Shown: positions 43,376 to 51,960, counted from the first letter of the stretch. The stretch: DNA of 64,000 nt from an uncultured virus (IMG/VR IMGVR_UViG_3300037466_002145) (IMGVR_UViG_3300037466_002145:1-64000), one strand, 5' to 3'. Made by a program: numbers and translations. Notes: a model not told the origin generated them from the letters alone.

Positions 43376-44830
43376 TTAGGCAGTCACACCTTCAATGCTA
43401 TAGCGCTTGTCATTGAGGGTTTCCAACATGACGTTGTATGGAGAGAACGTCTCCAGCTTGTTGGATAAAATGGACTTGAAGATAGCAGGCGAGAAGCCCG
43501 ATACCATCGCAGTGCCATTTTGGTCTTCCTTGACGGGACTGTTGTCAGCCCGTCCGTTCACATGCCAGAACACAACCTTTGGCAGATCGTATCCATGCGC
43601 CGCGAACTTGGATTTCGCGTTGTTATAGGCCAAGTCAGACAATCCAGCGCGTTGCGGATTGAATTCCATGTCCGACACAACAAGGATCATGTTTGGCAAG
43701 TCGGCTTGCGGAACATTGTAGCGAATCGCGTGGTTCAACACGAGGTCGAACGTCGCTTCGATATTCGTTCCGCCGTAGGCGTCGGCAAAGTCCAACTGTT
43801 GGTACATGTTGGATAGGGTCAACGGCCCATTGAGCTTGTTCATGCGCGGAACATTTGAGAACCCAACCCACATACCTGCGAAGTCGCCCGTTTGCTTACC
43901 AGCGGTATACAAACCGATTGACACAGAGATATCCATCGGCGTCACGTTGCCTGGAACCGCATTGCGTTGGCCGTAGTAGCTCCATGATCCCATCGAGCTT
44001 GACAAGTCAATGAACGGCAGAATCTTGTTGTCGCCAAGCAAGTTCGGCAGCGCTTCCCATTGCGCGTCGGCAACCTTTCGATCACCGTGGTTCAGGGACT
44101 TCAGCACGTCGTAAGGGAACACCGCGCCCGCATTGATCTTGCGCTCGGCCTTACCCGTTTCAGGATTGATCTTCACCAAGCCATCACGATAAGCCTTGTA
44201 CCCTTCGGGGTCGTGCTTGAAGAATGCCTTTTGATAACGTGCTGCGGCGACCGATGGCACGTGATCGTAGGTGATGCCCTTCCATTCGCGGGCGCACATT
44301 GGCGTTTCGACAACCTTCGTTAAAGTAACGAGGGTCTTGCGATAACGCTTGGGCGACCAGCCCAGGTAATTGCGGAGTGCCACGGCGTCCTTGCCCTTGC
44401 GAGGCATCCACTTGGCGCATAGGCCATTCTTGGCGTTCAGCGCGGCGGCAATGACCTTAAATGCTTGGTTGCGGGCGAAGTCGGTTTCGAAAACCAACAG
44501 GTCATCCCAACGGCCATACTCGGCCCAATATGGAAGGATCGCGACAAGGTCATCCTGATAGTTCTTTTCCATATGGCGAAGAATCTTGCGCGCAACTTCA
44601 CGTTCGCCAGCGCCACCGCGGATATCGCGGGTCCACAACAGGGTGCGGATGGCGAGTCTCTTGTCTTCGGCGGTTGCCAAATCAAACTCTTTCGAGAGGT
44701 CCGCACCGCGTTGGCCCACAGCCTTGAATAGGTTCAGAACTCGCGAACCTGAATCAGCATAGGTCACGGCACCATTGAAGGTAAGGCCCATGCTTGGCTT
44801 ATTGGAAACTGAATTGACAAACTTGTTCAT
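43376..44830 (-). CDS. DUF2828-family TROVE/Ro60-like protein with C-terminal vWA domain
   Basis: T.NGA..Y..SG, RDIRGGAGER, YGRWDDL, AKWMPR, VE..MCA.EW..I.Y..VPS, MIDAS DLSSS..GGTN..SDMEF, FW.V, SGFSP; ATG at 44830 after GGAG. Confidence 0.85.
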   Translation of the reverse strand: MNKFVNSVSNKPSMGLTFNGAVTYADSGSRVLNLFKAVGQRGADLSKEFDLATAEDKRLAIRTLLWTRDIRGGAGEREVARKILRHMEKNYQDDLVAILPYWAEYGRWDDLLVFETDFARNQAFKVIAAALNAKNGLCAKWMPRKGKDAVALRNYLGWSPKRYRKTLVTLTKVVETPMCAREWKGITYDHVPSVAAARYQKAFFKHDPEGYKAYRDGLVKINPETGKAERKINAGAVFPYDVLKSLNHGDRKVADAQWEALPNLLGDNKILPFIDLSSSMGSWSYYGQRNAVPGNVTPMDISVSIGLYTAGKQTGDFAGMWVGFSNVPRMNKLNGPLTLSNMYQQLDFADAYGGTNIEATFDLVLNHAIRYNVPQADLPNMILVVSDMEFNPQRAGLSDLAYNNAKSKFAAHGYDLPKVVFWHVNGRADNSPVKEDQNGTAMVSGFSPAIFKSILSNKLETFSPYNVMLETLNDKRYSIEGVTA

Positions 44831-44852
44831 TGTTATCACTCCTTTTTGTTAC

Positions 44853-44913
44853 AGAATTATTGCAGGCCAGTCGTGCCTGCGTGTCAGTGACGATTTTAAG
44901 CTGAAATAATTCT
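44853..44913 (-). ncRNA. CAGC-clamp RNA module E1
   Basis: AGAAUUAUU-UCAGC...AAUAAUUCU(G); internal GCAGGC/GCCUGC hairpin. Confidence 0.7.
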
Positions 44914-44919
44914 CTTACT

Positions 44920-45009
44920 GACTAATAATATGCCCCCAACGGGCCATTCCCTATAAAGGCGGGGAATGTTGGATTCGAACCAACTGTTTTTTGTGTGCTG
45001 AAATTAGTC
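44920..45009 (-). ncRNA. CAGC-clamp RNA module E2 (permuted T arm/closed acceptor/D arm)
   Basis: GACUAAU-UUCAGC...AUUAGUC; GUUGG-UUCGAAU-CCAAC, AUUCCC/GGGAAU, GCCC-GUUGG-GGGC. Confidence 0.8.
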
Positions 45010-45018
45010 GAAATTGAC

Positions 45019-45134
45019 AGATTTGCTTTTTTAAGGGTTGGAATCGAACCAACTACACTTCGCTTTGAATGCGAATGCTCAACCAAATGAGCTTCCCGTC
45101 CAGATGGACGATATTTGTTTGCTGAAACAAATCT
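45019..45134 (-). ncRNA. CAGC-clamp RNA module E3 (D, anticodon UCA, T arms)
   Basis: AGAUUUGU-UUCAGCAA...GCAAAUCU; GCUC/GAGC, UUCGC-AUUCAAA-GCGAA, GUUGG-UUCGAUU-CCAAC. Confidence 0.8.
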
Positions 45135-45152
45135 TAATCTGAAAAATTTAGC

Positions 45153-45256
45153 AGGCTTACTTTGATCCAGGCTCGCGCCTGTTTCGGGATCGAACCGAAT
45201 AACCAACTGAGTTGCCTCAGTAAGTATCTACCAGATTGTTTTGCTGCAATAAGCCT
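45153..45256 (-). ncRNA. CAGC-clamp RNA module E4 (T-arm containing)
   Basis: AGGCUUAU-UGCAGCAA...GUAAGCCU; ACUGAG-GCAA-CUCAGU, UUCGG-UUCGAUC-CCGAA, CAGGC-GCGA-GCCUG. Confidence 0.8.
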
Positions 45257-45268
45257 ATAATTAGTGGC

Positions 45269-45415
45269 GGAATAGCAGTGCTGGCACTTGAGTTTTTTTG
45301 AGTACGCCCAGGGTCAATGCTGAAACACCCTTCGTCGTAAGAACTTACCCGAAGGTTTTGTCTTACATCGTTTTACAAATGCCCTTGCGGGCGGTTTGGC
45401 TGCGGTATCTATTCC
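45269..45415 (-). ncRNA. CAGC-clamp RNA module E5 (divergent, nested second motif)
   Basis: GGAAUAG..CGCAGC...CUAUUCC; GCAA and UUCG tetraloops; nested AGGGUGUUUCAGC..ACCCUG. Confidence 0.6.
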
Positions 45416-45431
45416 AGTATTCGTGTATGTC

Positions 45432-45521
45432 AGAATGATTATCTACTTCGGGATTAATGTGGCGAAATCGAAGCCCACTTCTCTATACCAGAAAGTTTTA
45501 TTTGGTTGCTGAAATCATTCT
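45432..45521 (-). ncRNA. CAGC-clamp RNA module E6
   Basis: AGAAUGAUU-UCAGCAA...AAUCAUUCU(G); T-loop-like UUCGAUU in a GUGG/CCAC hairpin. Confidence 0.75.
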
Positions 45522-45530
45522 TGTATTCAG

Positions 45531-45869
45531 TTAGTGATGTTCGTCGCGATGTTCATCGGCCCATTCCTTGGCCGCAGCGTTACGAACAGATTTAGGAAAC
45601 ATCTTAGACCAGTGCTGATCCTTTGATCCAAACTCCTTGTGGTAAGCTTGGGCTGCACGGTCGGCATGATATCCCCAAAGCTTGATGGCTTTTTCGTGAT
45701 TGTACACGCCTTTGGCATGTTTCTTCAAAAGGTTCTTTTCAATCGGAACTTTCGAAGAATGATACAAGTGAGAATCGTTATCAGCAAAGATGCGGAGTTC
45801 TCTTACATCGGTGTGATTTACATCACCATCCTCTTTTTCAAGAAGGATTTTTCTTAGGGATTTGGACAT
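45531..45869 (-). CDS. hypothetical protein heading the RNA array
   Basis: 112-aa ORF preceded by ACTAAATA late-promoter motif (~45903-10). Confidence 0.6.
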   Translation of the reverse strand: MSKSLRKILLEKEDGDVNHTDVRELRIFADNDSHLYHSSKVPIEKNLLKKHAKGVYNHEKAIKLWGYHADRAAQAYHKEFGSKDQHWSKMFPKSVRNAAAKEWADEHRDEHH

Positions 45870-47072
45870 TACGCTTCCTATTAGAGTGAGGGTTAGTAAT
45901 GTCTATTTAGTCATTCCAAGTTGCAACGATGGCATTCACATGAGCAAAATATCTCGGACCATCTGGACCTTGAAAAGTGAAGTATTTGGCGACTAATAAA
46001 TTGGCTCCAGGTTGGAAATCCCTATCTCTAATCGCAGAGACTGCATCAACCAGCTTGCACGAATATAACAAATTCTCGGGCAAGTTTTTCTTCGACGGTT
46101 TGGACAACGGAAAGATGCCCGACACTTCAACGTAATCTTTAGTAACTGACATCTTAACTCCTATAGGGGAACTTGGTGTTGACGATGCCCATAAGGTATC
46201 CAACTGATGCCAAAAGGACCAAAGTCAAAGTGTAGGCAAAGACATTAGGGAAACTCATTATCGCAACAAGACCGATCAATAGGGCCAATCCGAGGATGAT
46301 AACCGTTTCGATCATAAATCTTCCATAGTCAGGATTTTGCATTTCAAATTACTCAGTCAAATAGCTGCGCTTGTCTTGCTTTTCCCAGGACGGTGAATCG
46401 CCGTCCTTGATGTATTCTTCCTGAATGATCCAATCGCGAATAATCGGTGCGATGGTCTCGGACGTGATCACCCATTCGGTTGCAATCGTGGCAACCACCA
46501 CAGGAAGAATGACGTACCATTGAGTCATCCACGGACCGAGGAAGTAGACGAAGATTCCCAAACTGAGGAACATCGCCACGTTGAGAACTACCCAGGCGAC
46601 ACAGGCTCGGCCCATAAATCCTGGACGGCGTACTTTCTTTGCGTCACGGTCATACATATTATAAGGTTCCTTAAAAGTCGGACGACGAGAAGTCAGGGGT
46701 TGAAAAATCCGATGTAGAATTCCCAGAATCGTCGCTACTAAAATCAGAGGTGCCCATTCCAGCCAATCCCGCGTCTTCGGTCCCACTATCCATCCCAGGA
46801 ACGGGAGACAAATCAGGAATATCGCAAGATACATCAGAAGGTCGAGTATCGTCATTATATACGTCCTGATTGGGGATCAATTCCGACATTACGATATTGA
46901 GTAAGATTGCATCCATAATCAGATCGCCGTCGTCCTCAGTTACGTTGGACCGTTGTAAGGAACGCCGTGCTTCAAACATCGATAGTGGCAGAAGGCCAGC
47001 GTTCCGACGTTTGGTATTAATTTCAGTAAGCTTCTTTTCAGAAAGCATTAGGTTCCCCCTCATGGTATTTAC

Positions 47073-47357
47073 AGGATCATCTTTATAAGTGTGCTACCCT
47101 TACACCAAGAGCCCATCAGAGATACATAAAAGCTGGCACCTGTATCAGAACCAATTAAGGCACACTTCTTAGCACACGAAGTCTAAGCACATGCCACTAC
47201 CCAACTACGAGTAGCTATCTGACCACCGAAAACCTTGCCAGTCGGCGTAGGTAGTTATCCTACTTGGCTTTCGCAGTTATGTATCTTTGGTGGACTCCCC
47301 CCGAATCGAACGTGGACCACTGCTTTGATAGAGCAAATTAGTTGCTGAACTGATCCT
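47073..47357 (-). ncRNA. CAGC-clamp RNA module E7: permuted Ala-type tRNA with internal CCA and 173-nt insert
   Basis: AGGAUCA-GUUCAGCAA...UGAUCCU; anticodon-like arm, T arm, GGAGUCC-A-CCA (47288), insert 47115-47287, GGGCUCU (47114) plus D arm. Confidence 0.8.
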
Positions 47358-47394
47358 TGATCGTTTTCATTCAAGGATATTTGGAGTATTTACC

Positions 47395-47464
47395 TGAATA
47401 GCTTTTACAGATCGATTAAAGGTCGATTGCTGGAATACCAGCGTTTATTTGCTGAAACTATTCA
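47395..47464 (-). ncRNA. CAGC-clamp RNA module E8
   Basis: UGAAUAGU-UUCAGCAA...GCUAUUCA; GCUGG/CCAGC and AUCGA-CCUUUAA-UCGAU hairpins. Confidence 0.75.
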
Positions 47465-47471
47465 AACTAGG

Positions 47472-47544
47472 TTCAATACCACGCCTGCAATCTTACGAGT
47501 AGCAGCATCCCTCCGCGAAGGGACGTTCTCCGTATGGTATTGAA
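47472..47544 (-). ncRNA. putative three-way-junction RNA
   Basis: UUCAAUACCA/UGGUAUUGAA closing helix with two internal hairpins; strand inferred from context. Confidence 0.5.
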
Positions 47545-47548
47545 ATAG

Positions 47549-47618
47549 TGGAGCCAAGTGAGGGATTTTCACCCCCGTCATCACTCATGGTGATGTTTTA
47601 GGTCAAAACTAACTCGGC
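47549..47618 (-). ncRNA. tRNA-like RNA with non-canonical loops
   Basis: GCCGAGU/ACUUGGC-U-CCA, T loop UGAAAAU, D arm GUUUU/AAAAC. Confidence 0.65.
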
Positions 47619-47624
47619 AAGAGG

Positions 47625-47721
47625 TGGAGTCGGGGGAAGGATTTGCGCCTTCAACTCTTGATGTTTGGGAGGCGGCGAGGCGTCCAAAAAATCAATACTC
47701 TAATATTTGAGTTACCCCGAC
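47625..47721 (-). ncRNA. tRNA-like RNA with expanded anticodon arm
   Basis: GUCGGGG/CCCCGAC-U-CCA, T loop CGCAAAU, 28-nt segment in place of the 7-nt anticodon loop. Confidence 0.65.
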
Positions 47722-48099
47722 ATAAAGGGAGTTATCAGATTGGCTTTTGCTTTTTTTCTCCAAAAGAAAAGGCAATTGTTTGCTGCAACCAATCTTTCAA
47801 TTTTTGTATTCTACTCGAAACGAATTAGAAAGTCAACAATTATTTTCAATTCCGAGTCATTTTTTCTTTCGTTTCTTGCGGATATCCCAATATATCTAAT
47901 AGGGTATTATCCTGTGACTTATGCCATTCCTCTATCATGGTCGATACCGTCGATATCGGAGATTGAACGATGAAGGCACGCCCATTCTCTAAGAATATCT
48001 CAGTATGGTTGGCATCCACATCCATATAGGCGGCAATCTGATAATTAAAGACAACCAATTGATTGCCAGCGTCGGTCGTGAAATAGAAACGATTATCCA

Positions 48100-48447
48100 T
48101 TAGCGTAGAATCCATAGCGTTAGAATGAGGCACATGTAGTGCAGGAGTTGATCGAAGCCGATCACGACAAAGAAGTTGTGGCGGTCGCCCTTGGCCCAGA
48201 GCCGCGCCGTAATCTGACTGGTGAAATGATCCACCACAAAATGTAGGGCACCGTTGACCGCGAGGTAGGTCACAAGATTGGAGAAGTGAAAGAGAGGAAA
48301 CATGATGACGAAGAAGGTTGTGATATAGGCCAGAACATGAAGGCTGAGGGCCTTATTGCTCTTGCACTTGTTCGTTGCCATCCAATCGGACTGAAACACA
48401 AAGTCGCCAATCCAGTGCAGAATAATTACGGTCAGAACCAGCGTCAC
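48100..48447 (-). CDS. DUF3307-like membrane protein
   Basis: HWIGDFVFQ..MA..K, H...Y, HF.VD, G.DQLLH. Confidence 0.75.
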   Translation of the reverse strand: MTLVLTVIILHWIGDFVFQSDWMATNKCKSNKALSLHVLAYITTFFVIMFPLFHFSNLVTYLAVNGALHFVVDHFTSQITARLWAKGDRHNFFVVIGFDQLLHYMCLILTLWILR

Positions 48448-48692
48448 ATAACCCTCGCTTTCAATATGGCTTCTATTTCGTCGGTGATATTTACAGGGTC
48501 TTCCTCAATTCTATCTCTAAAACGTTGGATAAAATATGAAAGTCTACCGTCATATAAAGAGTGATTATCTCGTTTCCATAACCAAGAAATCATTTCATGT
48601 TTGACCGTGAAAGCGATGGCCACTCCATCATAGGGAGAATACGAAACGACGTAGATGTAATTGGATCGCGCCATGCATAATATCTCGAAAAG

Positions 48693-48770
48693 TGGTGCCC
48701 CTGGTAGGAGTCGAACCTACAGAACTCCTGATTCTAAGTCAGGCGACTTTACCAGTTTGCCCACAGGGGC
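48693..48770 (-). tRNA. tRNA-Leu(TAG), short variable loop
   Basis: Loop CTTAGAA, ACCA. Confidence 0.9.
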
Positions 48771-48970
48771 TTATTTCGTGTGGAAGCGGTTTGTAGTAGT
48801 TGCAGGATCGCAGGTCGCGCTTCCGAAACTCGCCTGCCTCGGTGACGATAAGGTTCTGTTCCGTCTTCCGTATAAATTTCGTGATGATGACCGTGCCATC
48901 ATTCAGGATGACGCGGATTTTCGAGCCTTTATGAAATGAGGAATGAATAGTCATTGCTTTCCCTCAAATT

Positions 48971-49044
48971 TGGAACGGTGAGGGGGTAACGATCCCCCGC
49001 CTAAAGTGTGGCACACTTTGATACTTCCATTATACTATCACCGC
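48971..49044 (-). tRNA. tRNA-Gly(GCC)
   Basis: GCGGTGA/TCACCGT, loop GTGCCAC, T-CCA. Confidence 0.8.
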
Positions 49045-49529
49045 AAATGTCTATTTTTTCTTCCGTTGCCCTTATTTAGAAATCCAAAATTAGGTGTCAG
49101 AGAATGACACGATGGACAAAGTAACTCTACATTTTCTTCACAGTTATTGTTTGAATTTCCGTCAATGTGGTTTACCTGAAGTGGTATTTTTCCTGTAGTA
49201 GGATTTATTTCTGACCATCCACACTTTACACATTTACTATTATGCTTCTCAAATAAATACCGTCGAATATAGTGTCGGATTGGATTATTTCGACCGCCAT
49301 ACGATGTTTTAACAACTTCACCATTTTTCCATTTTATGATGAAATCTTGATATTCAAATTCCCATCTACAATCATGGGAACAGTATTTACTCTGATGATG
49401 ATTCAGAAGAATACCGCAGTTTTTACAATATCGAGTTGATGTTCGTAATCTATTATTGAACGACACTGAACAAGATCGGCAACAAAATTTTATCGAAGCT
49501 TGATTGTCACAATTAAGACATTTCGGCAT
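49038..49529 (-). CDS. HNH endonuclease
   Basis: C..CGW...LQVNHIDGN..NN..EN..LLCPSCH; Cys-rich N-terminus; stop codon lies inside tRNA-Gly. Confidence 0.85.
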   Translation of the reverse strand: MPKCLNCDNQASIKFCCRSCSVSFNNRLRTSTRYCKNCGILLNHHQSKYCSHDCRWEFEYQDFIIKWKNGEVVKTSYGGRNNPIRHYIRRYLFEKHNSKCVKCGWSEINPTTGKIPLQVNHIDGNSNNNCEENVELLCPSCHSLTPNFGFLNKGNGRKNRHLR

Positions 49530-49723
49530 TTAGAACGGCAGAATATCGTACCACGTGAAGGCTGGCGCATTATCAACCAACCATTGCCAGTAGGCGGCAG
49601 TGAAGAAAGCGGGATTGAGGTATGCCATCATGCTCATGAATCCCAAAAGCGTCACGGTTGGGAGAATGAAAAATTCGTCCATCATGTTGACGGCCTCTTG
49701 GTTTTCACACACCACTTCGACGG

Positions 49724-49957
49724 TCACTTTGCCTTTGGGCTTTGACTCCAAATTATCTGTAGTAGCTGTCTTGGGCTTACGCTTCGACATTGATCTTCAA
49801 TCTCCTTTAGTCGTCTCTTGGGAATGTCATAGTGTGGATAGGGTTTGGAATGATACCAACACCGCTTGATATTTAGGTCGGACGCCATGCGATGAAGATC
49901 ATCGATAGAGTATGGATCACATATCAGGTGCCGTCGCTTATCGGTGTAATAGATCAT
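49724..49957 (-). CDS. DUF4031-like protein
   Basis: HL....LH.MA..L..KR.W...PHYDI. Confidence 0.6.
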   Translation of the reverse strand: MIYYTDKRRHLICDPYSIDDLHRMASDLNIKRCWYHSKPYPHYDIPKRRLKEIEDQCRSVSPRQLLQIIWSQSPKAK

Positions 49958-50259
49958 CTTAGGTCATGTCCTACTGCAATAGGCGTTGTTCGAAAAAGAA
50001 AGGTTGCAGCCAAACTTTTTACTTATATCCCTCCCCTTGGGGCGGGGCCTAAAATAAATCATCCGATGGTAATTGATTTGATGACGAATTTGTTGGTGTG
50101 ATTCCGAGCGAATTGCTCGGCTTCGGCGACAGACGCATGGGTATTGCAGACATCACCCTGACCCCAGCACTGAACCCAAAAGGGGAACCACCAACGCCAG
50201 ACTTCGACTTGGTATCCAGCGAAATCGTCTTCAACGATGCGATAGTATTTTTTCATGAT

Positions 50260-50338
50260 TGGTATCCCTGGTCGGAGTCGAACCGACACACAATTATTTT
50301 TGAAACAATCGGCTTTACCTGAGTTTGCCTACAGGGAC
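50260..50338 (-). tRNA. tRNA-Leu(CAA), short variable loop
   Basis: Loop TTCAAAA, ACCA. Confidence 0.85.
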
Positions 50339-50998
50339 TTAATCGTCATGTATTCCTAAGTATTCTTCACGATAGATCACTTCCCCTTCCTCAAGCCCGA
50401 AAGTTCTCTTATACCATTCAAACATCGCCAAATCCCAAATCGGATCAATACCCTTTGTTTCATTTTGGGTATCCCAATCAAATCCTTCTCTATCAAAGAA
50501 TTTCAAATAGGATCGATATTCTTTTAGACGTTCAATGTCATTTTTGATATGTCGCTGGCAAACATCAATATGTTGTTTGACAAACAACGATCCCTCAGAC
50601 CAACCCATTACATAGGTTCCTCAACTTGTAATTCGACCACCGTATAATTCTTGTCGGGGATATTCTGTTGCCGCGCCGAATTGGTGGCGTGACCCTTCTT
50701 ATTATATATACGACAATCGGCAAAATCGACGTAGCGATAATGATATCCAACATACTTACCCGACTTCAATTTGATCACGTAGATGGTTCTCATCCGAAAT
50801 ATGCCCTCAGAAGCCCATAGGCGATACCGCCGACAAGACCGATAACAAACCAAGTAGTAGTTGACCAATTCATCATGCTGAAATCCAGGCTATGGTGAGG
50901 ATGCTTGTTACGATGCCGCTGTATACCAGCGAGCCCAACAGAAAGGCATAGAGGTTCGGGTAGTCGTAGGTGAAGTCGATAAATTTATCGAACATGAA

Positions 50999-51075
50999 TG
51001 GTGCCTTCTACAAGGAGTCGAACCTGTTTCTACTGTTCTTCAGACAGCCGCTATGACCGCACTAGCTCAGAAGGC
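50999..51075 (-). tRNA. tRNA-Phe(GAA)
   Basis: Loop CTGAAGA, ACCA. Confidence 0.85.
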
Positions 51076-51445
51076 TTAAAGAAAAGCTTGGCGTCCGCTT
51101 TTTAAGGAAGACGCCAAGTATAGTCTAATTCTACTTAGAAAACAAGAGGAATTAGAGAGGCAGGCGCTGTAGGTAGGGCAGGTGTTGTAATTGAGCCAAG
51201 CAAGCTTGAAATCCAAGCTGTAGGGTCAAGGCCCAGGTAAATCGCAACACCAGCCGCTATGGCAGCAACGCCAAGTTTGATAGCAAGCGAGTATTTTTGT
51301 TCCATGATGGACTCCGTTAGTTATTTGCCTATCGCTATTTAGCGTTTAGGATGGTTTGAACCGAACCATGACATTTGGCGAATCTCGGCAACCGTCATCT
51401 TAGAGGCGGCTTCCAAACAGGCTGCATAAATTTTGTCATACAGTG

Positions 51446-51934
51446 TCATGCGCCGACTGCCCTTACCATATCCGAACTACGCCCCAGGCGATCCGCAGCG
51501 TAAGAAGCGGCGAAGGCGTCAGGCTTGATCATAGGGATGATATTCGTGGTGCCGCGGATGTATCCGATGGCTTGTTCGATTATCAGGTTCGACGCGTATT
51601 TCTTGTCAGGATTGAGGTCTAAGTGAAGCTCTACGGCGCGATCCCCGATGGCGTCGGCAAGCTCCAGGTATGCGGCCGAACACTTGTAGACTTCCTGCAT
51701 GAGGCGATAGGTCGGCTTCTTTTTGTTCGGGCTGAAATCCTGTTCGGTTTCAATTTCACCGAATATTTTACAGCCGTTGCACCCATTTTTATGAATGACC
51801 ACGACGGTATAGAAATCGGCAAACCATTTCCCGTGTTTCTTCCGAACGGTCGAGTCGACTCCAATGTAGATACGAGATTCCAGAGGTTCCTTGTCTATGA
51901 ATTGGCGTATCTTCTCTAAGGTAATTTCTTTCAT
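51446..51934 (-). CDS. RNase H-like YkuK/DUF458 protein
   Basis: IYIG.DS, RL..E, HLD.N, G......IKP.A.AAS..AD. Confidence 0.8.
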   Translation of the reverse strand: MKEITLEKIRQFIDKEPLESRIYIGVDSTVRKKHGKWFADFYTVVVIHKNGCNGCKIFGEIETEQDFSPNKKKPTYRLMQEVYKCSAAYLELADAIGDRAVELHLDLNPDKKYASNLIIEQAIGYIRGTTNIIPMIKPDAFAASYAADRLGRSSDMVRAVGA

Positions 51935-51960
51935 GAATCTGGACGCAATTATTCATTACC

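Noticed and set aside
45019-45134. Opal suppressor tRNA / recoded genetic code
   Set aside because: No full acceptor stem or CCA, and conserved genes (gp48, gp25) end normally at TGA.
44853-45521. CRISPR array or simple tandem repeat
   Set aside because: Units share only structure and a 4-7 nt motif, lengths vary from about 60 to 150 nt, and no cas genes are present.
44853-47464. Calling the modules canonical Y RNA/YrlA
   Set aside because: The bulged-helix GNCGA-type Ro-binding motif is absent, and the protein is DUF2828-type rather than canonical Rsr.
47472-47544. Hammerhead ribozyme
   Set aside because: No CUGANGA/GAAA core on either strand.
50870-50895. Additional CAGC-clamp module at gctgaaa 50877
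   Set aside because: Wrong spacing and no closing complementary strand.
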